Source: a virus (taxonomy: Duplodnaviria; Caudoviricetes). Taken from it: 64,000 bases of DNA. The notes under the pieces were generated by a model that searched no databases, was not told the origin of the DNA, and was given only the letters and a program-made list of their open reading frames with translations. Positions 36,666 through 46,973 of the stretch are shown here, one piece after another (positions within the stretch are counted from its first letter, which is position 1; the number at the start of each line of letters is the position of its first letter). The position numbers and the translations under genes were made by a program. The stretch covers positions 210,897-274,896 of IMG/VR virus record IMGVR_UViG_3300034161_000018; one strand, 5' to 3'.

Positions 36666-39600
36666 GTGGCTATTCTTTTTGCAGATAGTTTCAACAGCTA
36701 CGTCGCTTCTGCATCTTTGAATGCGGGCGGTAACGTGAGCGCTGCCGATGGATTGGTAAAAGCCGGGTACGCTCAGCCGTATGAGTTGCCCGGTTCAAAC
36801 CGATTCGCTGCCGGTTTGTTTTTGGCAAACGGAAAACTCAACAACGGCAACAGCTTGCGCCTGTGCTGGCAAAACGCAAACGCAAACTCACAACTGAACT
36901 ACACGCCGCCAACTGATGCACTTGCACTCAAGCGAAAGTTTTCGTTTCACTGGGAACGTTTCATTTGCTTGAGCACGCAAATCAAGTTGTCGAAAACGTG
37001 GACACAAACTACCGGCCTGTCGAAAATCCCGTTGATTAAATTCGGGCCGGTGACTGTTTACGTTGTGTTGAATTACGACACGCCGAACGCTGTGCAGTAT
37101 TACAGCCTGTACGCGAATGATAGTGCGCAGATTGGTCGGATGGATTCGACTCAGTGGTCGAGTCTAGATATTGAAATCAACCGCGAAGAAAAGAAACTGC
37201 GCGTTTGGTTGGCAAATGCCAAAGTGTGGGAAGTCGATTCCGATTATTTCACCACGACCAGCTTTGAATACATTGGTATGTTGCGTGCGCCAAACGCCGA
37301 TAGTGCAACGCTCACCGCGCACGTCGGTTACTGCGATTTGGATTCGATCATCATTCAAGATGGTTCTGGCCCGCGCAATAACACACGTACCACTTCGCTG
37401 ACAGCAAAAGCGATTTCACCAGACAGCGCGTCGGTTGCACAATTCGCTTACGTCGGTAACGCAAGCCAACTGACTTCGGTTTCTGATACTGCGAAATCGA
37501 ACACATCTTACGACACAAACTATCGCACGTCGCCAACACTGGCAGCTTACGATTTGGCGAAAGTTTCAACGCCGGGAGAAATTGCCCCGCTTGCTGTGCA
37601 GGTTTCAACAGTTGCACGCGGCGAAGGTGCAGATGCTCCGCCCGTAAAACTGACCACGCGTTTCAACAATGGCAGCCTCACTTACAAAAAACCGCAACCG
37701 CATGCGGGCGTGTGGCGCCAACAGAAAGTAATGTTTGACCAAGCGCCAGACAATTCAAACTGGAGCGTGGCACAAATTCCAACATTGGAGTTCGGCTACG
37801 CGGTTGCACCTCAGTCGGAATTGGAATCGCTGGTGAATGGCGGTTTCGAGTATTTGGTATTTGGCGCACCGGGCAACGATCTTTTTGATTTGTATCGCGG
37901 TGACGTTGATCCGACTTATGTTCCACCGTCGCAAGTGGAATATCAGCCACCATTAGAAACGCTGCCGAATTCTGGCCCCGGCCCGAAAACGCTGAAAGGC
38001 GGAACTTCGCGCTTTGGTTATTTCGGCACTGTGCCAATGGCTACGCTTTTCCCAACCCGTCCGCTGGAACGCATTGTTGGATTGTCTGCCGGTAACTCGG
38101 TGAACACTAGCACGGATTGGTTGAAGTTTATCGTCGGCGGCAAAACGCTATACATTCCGAAAAAACCAATTCGTTCATCTGTTGCGTGGGCGGATTTGTA
38201 CGCACTCGGTTTGGTTTACGGCGCACCGGGAAATGGCGCTGCGCCAAGCGGCCAGCCCGTCGATCAAGACAAGAAAATTGTTGTAGCTGGAAATAAATAC
38301 GAAGTCCGGTTGATGACTGGTGCAGAAGCAGACCCGACCGCATTCCCAATCAACCAAACCGATCCTGCAACAACGCAAAACTCGGAATGGTCGCGTTTGA
38401 TTTATCGTGTTTGGGAATCTGACCCGACTGCAACGTTTTGGGAAAAGTTTACTGATTCCGATCTTGGTGTAAACGATGGTGGTGTAAACTATCTGACGTG
38501 GTGTCGTGAAGCTCATACGTTCGGTGCAGGTTATCGGGCGATGCGTGGTTATCCGGGCCTCACTGGCGGAACGGCGGCGATTAACACTTACGTTAATGCT
38601 CCACCTTTGCAAGCGGCATGGCGTCCGGTTTTGGAATATCTCGGCACAACAACCGATCCAGATACGCCACCCCTAATTCCTGATCCACCAGTCGGCGATC
38701 CAACAATGGGGCCGAAAACTTTGGTGGGCGGTGATTTGCAAGCCGGTTATTATGGGCTTCTGTCACAAACGGAATTGGGAATTACCAACGTGCAATTGGC
38801 AGCGCTGGTCGGCGTGACTGATGGCACTGACATTAACACAAACGGATCGTGGTTGAAGTTTTCGTGGAAAGGGAAAACAATCTTTACTCCACAAGCTCCA
38901 ATCCGTCGAAATGTTTTGTGGCAGAACCTGTACCAGTTGGGCCTCGTTTATGGCGTGGACGCTTTCGGCGCTGCTCCATCGGGTGGCAACAAAAACCAAC
39001 TTGTCTATGTTGACCTCGGCGGTTTCCGTTTCAAAATTCGTTTAATGAACGGCTCCGACACTAACCCATCGAGCGGCGTAATCAACAGCACGACCACGCA
39101 AAACACCGACAACTGCGAATGGGATAACACAATTGAAAGAGTGTATTCCGGAACACCGGCAAACCTGCGGTGGGCTTCGTTCACAGATGCGGAATTGGGT
39201 TCGGGCAGTTCAGACATTACAATCTGTCAGGAAAACCACACGTACTACGGCGGCACCACGCTTGCGAATACTCCGGCTCGCGTAGTTCGCGGTTATCCAA
39301 ACGTGCAAGGCATGTCGGTAACACAAGCAACAACAAACGGCGGTTTCGGTGCTTACGCAAGTTGGCGTCCGGTTCTGGAATATGTTGGCCCTGCGCCAGT
39401 TGCTGGTTACACCGATCCAACGTGGGCACAAATGAGTTTCGCGGAAGGCATCCCACTTGACGACGTTTCGGAAAGTCCGTTAGCGACGACGAATGCAGCA
39501 ATCACCGCAAACAAATTGGTAAACACGACTACAACAGATGTGCCGTTGGATAAAGCGACGCCAGTGTATTTCAGTGCGAATGAAGATTTCAGCATTGAAG

Positions 39601-41357
39601 GGTGGGGCAATTTCAGTAGCATTTCTACAGCGGGTGCCGCAATTATCTGCATGGATAACCAAGCACTTACTGACACTAACCGCTCGTTCAACCTGTTTGT
39701 AGATTCGACATTAACTGTTGGATTCATGCTGACTTCGACCGGCGCGTATGCAGGCGGTTTCTCAAACCCAGCCAATCCGAAAATCACTTTGAACTCCGAT
39801 AACCATTTCGCGGCGTGCCGTGTAAGTGGGACGCTCAAGATGTATTTGAACGGTGTTGAAATTTTCAGTGCGGCAAACGTTGTGGCTGCGTTTAAAACCA
39901 CGATGTATTTGGGTATTCGCCAAGGTGCAATTGGTAAGCGTTGGAACATGCGAGTCATGCGTGGGAAATCTGCGTACAATGGCGCGTTCACTCCACCGGC
40001 CTCCTTGCCTGCAATTGTGGTTCCGACCTACGATTCCAGTGTTGCGGCAGACATTGTTTTCCAAACGTGCTTCCGTCGAAATAGTTTGTACGACGAAGTT
40101 TCCCAAGCGCCACTCGCACTTTCGGGTACGGGAATCGCAGTTGCGAATGGTCGTCTAAACATTACGCAAACCGGATCAGCCGCACGCTTCCAGAAATTCA
40201 TTCCGTACTTCGGCGCGGGGGATTACACCATTGAAGCAATCGTGCGTGTGCTCAGTACGGCTGGAAACGAAAACTGCGTCATGGGGCAATACGTTAACCC
40301 CGGCCAGAACAACAGTTGGTTGATTTGGTATAGCGCTGGCGGCGGAATTATTTTCTATTCCAACTCCACAGCAAACGGGTTGGTTGGCCTTACCGCAACC
40401 AAGGTAATTCCGTTTAACGTTGATGTGCATTTGGTTATCGAGAAGTATAAAGGAGTTCTAACGATTTACATGGATGGCGTGGCTTGCGGCACCGTCGCAA
40501 ATACACAACCACTTTCCGATAACAGCGCGACAATCCCGGTACGAAACTGGTGGGGCGATAACTCCATGAGCAACAGTATGAGTATCAAGCATATGCGGAT
40601 TGCAAAACGCGCAATGTACAAAGGTGTAATTAAACCGGCACCAACACTTCCGAAAATGCCACAAGCTGCGGCACTTCCGCTGCAAGGCCCAACTGCCTTG
40701 AAAGCTGGTGATGCGCAACTTGGTTATTACGGAACGCTGACCAGTTCGGCGATGTTGGGAACTTTAGATGCAGCGGCACTTATTGGATTGACTGTTGGTA
40801 CGCCGATCAACCCGACAACGGATTGGTTGAAGTTTGCGTACAAAGGGAAAATCCTTTTCGTTCCGAAAATGCCTCTACGCCGTGACGTTACATGGAATGA
40901 CATTTACGCCGCTGGTGCTGTTTATGGTGTGGCTGGTGTTGGCAACTTCCCTGCAACTCCAACCGTAACGCAAAACAGAACTATCACAATCGGCGGAAAC
41001 AAATTCCTAGTCCGGCTGTTCAAAGGTGCTGACGCTGACCCGTGCCCTACTTCGCAATACGCTGTAAACAACGTGGTCGGTACGCAAAACTCGGAATGGA
41101 CTCAACTCATGCAACGCGTTTGGGACACTGACCCGACCGCGACGTTTTGGGAAAAGTTCACGGCGGCACAAATGGGCACGACGATTGGTGCAACAGACTG
41201 CGGCGCATGGTGCCAAGAACAACATCCGTTTGCTGCAACCACTCGCGTTCTCCGAAACTATCGCGGGCTGCTTGGTATGACTGCGGATTACGTTTACTCG
41301 TCTGGTGCCGCAAGCTTGACCGAATGTTGGTGGCCTGTGTTTGAGTATGTGCCGTAA
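36666..41357 (+). CDS. 1563 aa mosaic virion protein: family paralog 3 N-terminus, three ~220 aa repeats and two LamG/ConA-like domains
   Basis: GTG start. MAILFADSFNSY N-terminus. Three GP..L..G...GY.G...WLKF...W.PV.EY repeats. DFSIEGW and DYTIEAIV LamG motifs. Confidence 0.82.
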   Translation: MAILFADSFNSYVASASLNAGGNVSAADGLVKAGYAQPYELPGSNRFAAGLFLANGKLNNGNSLRLCWQNANANSQLNYTPPTDALALKRKFSFHWERFICLSTQIKLSKTWTQTTGLSKIPLIKFGPVTVYVVLNYDTPNAVQYYSLYANDSAQIGRMDSTQWSSLDIEINREEKKLRVWLANAKVWEVDSDYFTTTSFEYIGMLRAPNADSATLTAHVGYCDLDSIIIQDGSGPRNNTRTTSLTAKAISPDSASVAQFAYVGNASQLTSVSDTAKSNTSYDTNYRTSPTLAAYDLAKVSTPGEIAPLAVQVSTVARGEGADAPPVKLTTRFNNGSLTYKKPQPHAGVWRQQKVMFDQAPDNSNWSVAQIPTLEFGYAVAPQSELESLVNGGFEYLVFGAPGNDLFDLYRGDVDPTYVPPSQVEYQPPLETLPNSGPGPKTLKGGTSRFGYFGTVPMATLFPTRPLERIVGLSAGNSVNTSTDWLKFIVGGKTLYIPKKPIRSSVAWADLYALGLVYGAPGNGAAPSGQPVDQDKKIVVAGNKYEVRLMTGAEADPTAFPINQTDPATTQNSEWSRLIYRVWESDPTATFWEKFTDSDLGVNDGGVNYLTWCREAHTFGAGYRAMRGYPGLTGGTAAINTYVNAPPLQAAWRPVLEYLGTTTDPDTPPLIPDPPVGDPTMGPKTLVGGDLQAGYYGLLSQTELGITNVQLAALVGVTDGTDINTNGSWLKFSWKGKTIFTPQAPIRRNVLWQNLYQLGLVYGVDAFGAAPSGGNKNQLVYVDLGGFRFKIRLMNGSDTNPSSGVINSTTTQNTDNCEWDNTIERVYSGTPANLRWASFTDAELGSGSSDITICQENHTYYGGTTLANTPARVVRGYPNVQGMSVTQATTNGGFGAYASWRPVLEYVGPAPVAGYTDPTWAQMSFAEGIPLDDVSESPLATTNAAITANKLVNTTTTDVPLDKATPVYFSANEDFSIEGWGNFSSISTAGAAIICMDNQALTDTNRSFNLFVDSTLTVGFMLTSTGAYAGGFSNPANPKITLNSDNHFAACRVSGTLKMYLNGVEIFSAANVVAAFKTTMYLGIRQGAIGKRWNMRVMRGKSAYNGAFTPPASLPAIVVPTYDSSVAADIVFQTCFRRNSLYDEVSQAPLALSGTGIAVANGRLNITQTGSAARFQKFIPYFGAGDYTIEAIVRVLSTAGNENCVMGQYVNPGQNNSWLIWYSAGGGIIFYSNSTANGLVGLTATKVIPFNVDVHLVIEKYKGVLTIYMDGVACGTVANTQPLSDNSATIPVRNWWGDNSMSNSMSIKHMRIAKRAMYKGVIKPAPTLPKMPQAAALPLQGPTALKAGDAQLGYYGTLTSSAMLGTLDAAALIGLTVGTPINPTTDWLKFAYKGKILFVPKMPLRRDVTWNDIYAAGAVYGVAGVGNFPATPTVTQNRTITIGGNKFLVRLFKGADADPCPTSQYAVNNVVGTQNSEWTQLMQRVWDTDPTATFWEKFTAAQMGTTIGATDCGAWCQEQHPFAATTRVLRNYRGLLGMTADYVYSSGAASLTECWWPVFEYVP

Positions 41358-41377
41358 CCTTTGATACAAAACTTTAT

Positions 41378-41406
41378 AGGGCGGTCTGCACGACGCCCTT
41401 TATTTT
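41378..41406 (+). terminator. Possible terminator hairpin
   Basis: AGGGC(G)GTC-tgcac-GACGCCCT followed by ttatttt. Confidence 0.4.
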
Positions 41407-41415
41407 GGGTGCATT

Positions 41416-42597
41416 ATGGAATTTGTAAAGCACGAACAGCATAGAGCTTTTAATACGGTGCTGCAAAGCGCAAAGGGAACGCGGTTGCTTGTCCTTCGGG
41501 AAACTACCGTCGAAGTTTACGTTGTTGCAAACTTGAGCGTTTCACGTATTTTGAGTTTCGGCGCTGCTCCATCGGCAGCCTCGATTTCACCAAACGGCCA
41601 GTACATTTCTTTTGTAAATGGATTGACCCTCACGACTTATACCATCGCCACGAAAACTCGGGTTGATGTTCAACTTCCGGATTACTGCGACTTGTGTTCG
41701 ACCAACGATTTGGGCGAAACAGTTTTGACAGCGCAGCGATTCATCGACGGCACCGCATACAAAGTTGTCGGTTCCGTTCTTTCCACAATCAACATCGGTA
41801 ATCTGACCGGACGTAAATTTATCGCTAACGGTTCGACGTTGCGAGTATCCGACGAAAAGCGCTATGGCACTGTCGGTTCAATGGTCACGGCCACCGATTT
41901 GATTATCGGAATGTACCACACGCACACGGTTGTTGCTGACGGCAAAGTGATTGGCCCAAGCACGACATTCGATTTCGCCGAACGTATTTACGAATCGTTT
42001 GATTGCGGACGTTACGTTGTCGTGCGACTGGCGACGAAATACGCGGCAGTGAAAAAAGCGGACACGACGAAAGCCGACATTCCGCAATCTGATTTGGCGA
42101 CAATGGTTGTGCCGACACGCATTGCGATTGGGCCGACGTTGAAAGCGTACACTGGCGAACAATTGACGATTACGCAAGGCAGTGGCTCGCTGACCATTAG
42201 CGGCCCGGACGCGTTTTTGTCGAAGTTCAAATTCGTCACAATCAACTCCACGAAGTTTCCTGTTTCGTTTGTTGCGGGTTCGGTCACGATCACCACTGCT
42301 ATTCTGGCAAGTGCCGTCGTGCAGCTTTACCTAAACACTCAGGAATCGAACGCGCTGACTTCTGGTTTTGCAAACGCAACTCAGCTAATCATCAGTCGCA
42401 AGATTGTCACTGTGCCGAATTATGTAACGCGCACCGACAACCCGTTGATGGGCCTACAGCCACCGCTTGCACCAACACGTAAAATTGTTGCAATCACCGG
42501 TTACGATTACGGCGACAAATTCTCGCTCATGACTGCCCGTGCGGTTGCGGTAACGCGCCAGAAAATTGCAGTCACCTCTTACGACGAAAACCAGTAA
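41416..42597 (+). CDS. Hypothetical virion protein, possibly beta-propeller-like
   Basis: 393 aa, beta-rich. AASISPNGQYISF resembles a propeller blade. Confidence 0.65.
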   Translation: MEFVKHEQHRAFNTVLQSAKGTRLLVLRETTVEVYVVANLSVSRILSFGAAPSAASISPNGQYISFVNGLTLTTYTIATKTRVDVQLPDYCDLCSTNDLGETVLTAQRFIDGTAYKVVGSVLSTINIGNLTGRKFIANGSTLRVSDEKRYGTVGSMVTATDLIIGMYHTHTVVADGKVIGPSTTFDFAERIYESFDCGRYVVVRLATKYAAVKKADTTKADIPQSDLATMVVPTRIAIGPTLKAYTGEQLTITQGSGSLTISGPDAFLSKFKFVTINSTKFPVSFVAGSVTITTAILASAVVQLYLNTQESNALTSGFANATQLIISRKIVTVPNYVTRTDNPLMGLQPPLAPTRKIVAITGYDYGDKFSLMTARAVAVTRQKIAVTSYDENQ

Positions 42598-42607
42598 GGA
42601 ATCAAAC

Positions 42608-43954
42608 ATGGCTTTTTCAACAATTCCGTTCACCGGCCCAATTGTTTCTGACCCGACAAACTTTGGCTGGTGCAGTGTTTCGCCGACGAAAGCATTCATC
42701 ATTTTCACCGGCTGGACTGGCGCCACTATCGGCACCGGCACTCGCAAACTTTTCATTCAAGCCGTTTATTTCAACGGTAAAGCGGCACCGACGTATGGCC
42801 CCGCTTGCGCAGTGCAAAACATTGCGTATGCTGGCGCACTGTTCCCGAATATCGTAGCACTCGGCGACGGGCGTTTGCTCGCTACCGTAAACGAAACTGC
42901 CGCCGCTTTCTCGTATTACGTTTTCGACGTAAACGGTTCCGATCAAGTTTCTTTCAGTTTCAAATCAGGCGCACCAATTACCCCTGCATGGTCGAACGTG
43001 GGCTGCTACGGCGTTGGGCTTGCATTGCTTTCCGGAACCAAAGTTCTTTCCGGAAACCAGACTTCCGCAACAAGCGGCGCACAGACTTACCAAATCGTTG
43101 ATGTTGGTGTTTCCGGGTTTACGCTTACACCTGTTCCTGTCGGTTCGGCGTGGTGCATTGACCGCGTGGATCGCCAGCGGAAAGCACACTCGTATTTCCA
43201 AACGCAATTGTTTCGCCGTGACCGTAACGGAAAACTCATGGCAATCCGTTCGTTGTTTGCACCAAGCTACGTGAGTGGGCAAAACAACATTCAACCGTTC
43301 GGCTATGCGTTTGCGTCTTTCGACGATCAAGGTGTTCCGCAATTTTACGCCGGTGACGACGGAATGTTTGCTATCACTGCCGCGCTCGGTGGGCACGACG
43401 ATAGCGGAATGCAAAAAGCGCGGGATATGTTGCCTATTTCTCCTAGCACTATTCTGTCTTTGGGTGCAGTGGACAACCTCGGTCGCGGTGCAGCACTTCC
43501 TAAATCCAACTTTGTCAAACTGACAATCGGTAAACAGGAATCGCTCGAAACCAACCAGATTTCTGCCAGTGCGGAAACGCCGTGGCGCGATACTGGAAAG
43601 ATTTTCTTCCTCGACGTTATCTGGTTGGACACAGAATATTTCTTTGCGTTGGCCCGCACTGCAACCGCCGTTAGTGATGACGTTATTGTGGCGAACACGT
43701 TCCAAACAACGGGCACCACAAACTCGCGTGACCAAATGGTTTACATTGGTAAATACAATGACACAACCGGTTCGATTACTTTGGGGGACGCTTCGCCGCT
43801 GGCGTTGCCAACTCGTTGTTCCAACACGCAACCGGGCGGCCAGTACCTGCATCGAATCAGCAACGTCGAAGTTGCAATTCTCGAAGTGACGCAAAAAGAC
43901 GACGTGCCTACCAACAACAGTTGGGAACTCAACGTAATCGTCATTGGAGCATAA
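42608..43954 (+). CDS. Hypothetical beta-rich virion/receptor-binding protein
   Basis: ATG at 42608 after AAGGA. About 448 aa. Confidence 0.7.
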   Translation: MAFSTIPFTGPIVSDPTNFGWCSVSPTKAFIIFTGWTGATIGTGTRKLFIQAVYFNGKAAPTYGPACAVQNIAYAGALFPNIVALGDGRLLATVNETAAAFSYYVFDVNGSDQVSFSFKSGAPITPAWSNVGCYGVGLALLSGTKVLSGNQTSATSGAQTYQIVDVGVSGFTLTPVPVGSAWCIDRVDRQRKAHSYFQTQLFRRDRNGKLMAIRSLFAPSYVSGQNNIQPFGYAFASFDDQGVPQFYAGDDGMFAITAALGGHDDSGMQKARDMLPISPSTILSLGAVDNLGRGAALPKSNFVKLTIGKQESLETNQISASAETPWRDTGKIFFLDVIWLDTEYFFALARTATAVSDDVIVANTFQTTGTTNSRDQMVYIGKYNDTTGSITLGDASPLALPTRCSNTQPGGQYLHRISNVEVAILEVTQKDDVPTNNSWELNVIVIGA

Positions 43955-43957
43955 GCT

Positions 43958-44629
43958 ATGTCTTTCGCAACTTTGGAAAGTTTGGTCACACGGCTGAATG
44001 ACGTTTACACCGCACGCGGTTCCCTCGATTGTTTGCTGACGGTTGGCCTTGTGCCGACCGAACAAACCACAATCGCAGTTTGGAATCGCCGCGAACCTTA
44101 CACCATCGACGCGCCAATCAATCTTAAATGGTTGAAAGGCACGACAATGTACGTGCGGACTTCGCGCAGCCCAAGCGGCGGAAACAAAAATACGTGGATT
44201 GCGATTTCCACAATCGACAAAGCGCTGGAACCGCAAAAGTGGGACAAAGCAAAACCTGCTGATTGGGATTTGTTGCAACACAGTACCAACATCGACGACC
44301 CGCACCAAACACGCGGCGAGTTTGCGGGCGGTACTCTGAATGCCCCGCTGAAACTTTGGACTGAGCAGCCGCTTGGCGACGATTATGCAGCGAGTCAGAA
44401 ATTCGTTGAAGACAAGCTGAAAGATTTCACGCCAGCCGAACGCTACGAGTACACGGCGAACAGCGCGAAAACGGAACATTTGATTACGCACGGAAAAGGA
44501 ACATTTACACCGTGCGTTTCCGTTTACGTCGAAAGGGAGATTGCGTTTACGGAAGTCGCAGTCATTGACGAAAACACAATTGCAGTTCGGTTTCCGGTTC
44601 CGGAACTTTGTGAGGTAGGAGTCCTGTGA
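43958..44629 (+). CDS. Putative virion protein with C-terminal ITH-type fibre module
   Basis: The C-terminus HLITHGKG..P.VSVY...IDENTIAVRF resembles the end of 46974-48710. Confidence 0.7.
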   Translation: MSFATLESLVTRLNDVYTARGSLDCLLTVGLVPTEQTTIAVWNRREPYTIDAPINLKWLKGTTMYVRTSRSPSGGNKNTWIAISTIDKALEPQKWDKAKPADWDLLQHSTNIDDPHQTRGEFAGGTLNAPLKLWTEQPLGDDYAASQKFVEDKLKDFTPAERYEYTANSAKTEHLITHGKGTFTPCVSVYVEREIAFTEVAVIDENTIAVRFPVPELCEVGVL

Positions 44630-45423
44630 AACAACTATTACTTTTTCTTTGTTTGCTAATTTACCAATGTACCGGATCAACTTATGGCAATGTGCCACCA
44701 CGACCGATCACTGACCTCGTTGTGCAATCTCATTCTGTGACATTGCTTTACGGCGAGCATTTGGTAAAAGCCATCGGCGTCAAGGATGTTGTTTTTCTTG
44801 ATCCGAGTCCGCGAGCGCGGGATGTGAAAGAAGTTGTCTCCCGATTTGTCGTGGAGAACAATGTCGAAAACGCAACCGTGCTTGGCGACAATTACGAATT
44901 TACCGCAAAACATATCAAGTACGTTCCTCTGCTTTCTCAGATAAAGCTAGACCCGAAATTGTTTGACGGCCCGATCTACATTATCAGCGGTAAATCGCCA
45001 ATCGCAGAAAAGCGTGCGGACGTAATCAAAGCGCAGTTGAAGAACACAACTGAGTTTACCGTTGAAACTGAGTACGAGCTACGGCAGACAATTGCAACGG
45101 TTTCTGAGCAGCCTGACGGGTTCATCTTTCTAAATGTTTTCAACTTCACGGATAACCTGAACCAGACTCTCAACTATCTCGACGCCGAAGTGATCTTGAT
45201 AGAGGTAAACCGAAAGCACGTTGACGTTGGTATTTGCCACGCCAATTTTAAAACGGCTTTCGCGGTTGGCCCGGTTCCGGAAGAAGTATCAAATCTGCTT
45301 GTAGAGGGAACCACAACCGCAAGCGTATGTGCATCATTTCCCCGGCTGAAACAATTGGGAGTGATTCATAAATACGCTTCTCACATGGGTGAATTTTATC
45401 GTGTCATCGCACCTGCTGACTAG
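44626..45423 (+). CDS. Secreted protein, possibly a degenerate periplasmic substrate-binding fold
   Basis: N-terminal signal peptide MKQLLLFLCLLIYQC. Alternating alpha/beta pattern. GTGA overlap with the upstream stop. Confidence 0.6.
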   Translation: MKQLLLFLCLLIYQCTGSTYGNVPPRPITDLVVQSHSVTLLYGEHLVKAIGVKDVVFLDPSPRARDVKEVVSRFVVENNVENATVLGDNYEFTAKHIKYVPLLSQIKLDPKLFDGPIYIISGKSPIAEKRADVIKAQLKNTTEFTVETEYELRQTIATVSEQPDGFIFLNVFNFTDNLNQTLNYLDAEVILIEVNRKHVDVGICHANFKTAFAVGPVPEEVSNLLVEGTTTASVCASFPRLKQLGVIHKYASHMGEFYRVIAPAD

Positions 45424-45667
45424 CCGCATAATCGTTTTGGCGATCTTGGCATGCTTGGTGTTTGCGTTTTTCCGATACTCTGGCAATGCGAAACCTAACC
45501 CGGTAGTGCGTGAATATTACGATTGCATAAAAGCAGTTTGTACCACGCTTCCGGGTGCGGGTGACGCTTGCGTTTTGTCGGAACCGCGAATGGCCAAGAT
45601 TACCATTGTTGCGGAACCACAAGGCAAGGTCATTAAGATAAGCCCGAGCAACGATAGGTGTAATTGA
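45389..45667 (+). CDS. Small membrane-anchored protein with four periplasmic Cys
   Basis: IIVLAILACLVFAFF TM segment, then C..VC...C...C. Start uncertain. Confidence 0.55.
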   Translation: MNFIVSSHLLTSRIIVLAILACLVFAFFRYSGNAKPNPVVREYYDCIKAVCTTLPGAGDACVLSEPRMAKITIVAEPQGKVIKISPSNDRCN

Positions 45668-45668
45668 T

Positions 45669-46142
45669 ATGGGCTTCCTAAACGGTTTGCTTTCCGGCCC
45701 AATCCCATCGACGATTGCGATCATCATTGCAATGCTCATGGGTGCAGGTTATTACTTTTTCGTTTTCCCACTGATAAGCGACCACGCGGCTCTCCGGAAA
45801 AAGAATAGTGAATTAACTGGAGAGCTTTCAAATAACGCGGCTGTTCTGGCCGTCCTTGCAGAAATCAAAAAGCTTTGCCAAGATCAGGCATCCGGAATCA
45901 GTGTTGAACTGTTGCCGAAACTTGCAGAGCAGCAAGCATCTTTGCACAAAGCATTGCGGGATATTCAAGCCGTAGTGGCGGAAGTGCAAACCAAAACAAC
46001 TCGGGCCGATGATGAAATGAACCGCGAACTGGAAAGGATTGTTCGTATCATTTCTGAAATCAATGACAAACAGAGCCAAGTAAGCGGCGTGATTCTTGGT
46101 CTAACTATGTCACATGCCCATAACCCGGCACGCGGCATTTGA
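45669..46142 (+). CDS. Membrane protein with long coiled coil
   Basis: TM segment IAIIIAMLMGAGYYFFVF followed by heptad-rich helices. Confidence 0.7.
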   Translation: MGFLNGLLSGPIPSTIAIIIAMLMGAGYYFFVFPLISDHAALRKKNSELTGELSNNAAVLAVLAEIKKLCQDQASGISVELLPKLAEQQASLHKALRDIQAVVAEVQTKTTRADDEMNRELERIVRIISEINDKQSQVSGVILGLTMSHAHNPARGI

Positions 46143-46956
46143 GGACACACCAGTGGCTTTCGTTCAAAACAACATACGGTTTCGTTCCGTAGCGGCGAAG
46201 TCCTTGGAGTATTTTTATAACTCCAAGGCATTCATGCTAAATGATTTGATTCTGGAGAAAAACCAGTTCAGTGAAGTAGCGCGAGAATCGCTCTTGCTCC
46301 TATTCAACAGCTTTAGCCTTTGGGCCTCCGAAGTTGAATACCTGATGTTGAACAAGCCTGTGATCGGCGAGAATGAAATCAATGTAATTGTTGAACGCAT
46401 TGAAAAAATCCACCGGTCACATTGCAATATTTTCGACATTCACACGGACGTGTTCGTTCCAAAGTTCATTTCGGTTTGGCAGGAAGCTCACACAGAAACT
46501 CGAAATGCGTTCGTGTTACAAGTTCGTAAAGCAACCGGCGAATCCCAACTTGAAGCGTATCCGCTGATTATCAGCGCTTTGGTCACAATGCTACAATCGA
46601 CCATGTACGAGTTGTACGAGATTGATTGTTTGCTGGGATCAAATTTTGTAGTCGAGCAATGCACGGAAAACCGCAGCAACACCAATCGCTTGGTGGCTTA
46701 CGTGGATAACTTTGCACTCGACTACTACAAGGCGACGGGAATTTTCCTGTTGCACGAACGAATCCGACAATACCTTTTGGTATCTTGCGGGACTTTACCT
46801 CTGGCCATTAAGAATTACAGTTCGGAAGTAATATCCTTTACGGAGGGCGTCATTGAAGGGGATGAACCTTTGGCTTCTCTCCTTCGACAGTTGCAAGACG
46901 AAGACATTGTTCTTCTTGAAATTGTTTCTGTTCCACCGACACTTATCGTTAACTGA
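46114..46956 (+). CDS. Hypothetical helical protein
   Basis: 280 aa ORF overlapping the previous stop. No motif recognised. Confidence 0.65.
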   Translation: MPITRHAAFEDTPVAFVQNNIRFRSVAAKSLEYFYNSKAFMLNDLILEKNQFSEVARESLLLLFNSFSLWASEVEYLMLNKPVIGENEINVIVERIEKIHRSHCNIFDIHTDVFVPKFISVWQEAHTETRNAFVLQVRKATGESQLEAYPLIISALVTMLQSTMYELYEIDCLLGSNFVVEQCTENRSNTNRLVAYVDNFALDYYKATGIFLLHERIRQYLLVSCGTLPLAIKNYSSEVISFTEGVIEGDEPLASLLRQLQDEDIVLLEIVSVPPTLIVN

Positions 46957-46973
46957 AAAGCCAAGGAGCTTTT

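Noticed and set aside
27669-43954. Diversity-generating retroelement acting on fibre tips
   Set aside because: No reverse transcriptase is present, and I saw no TR/VR pair differing at adenines.
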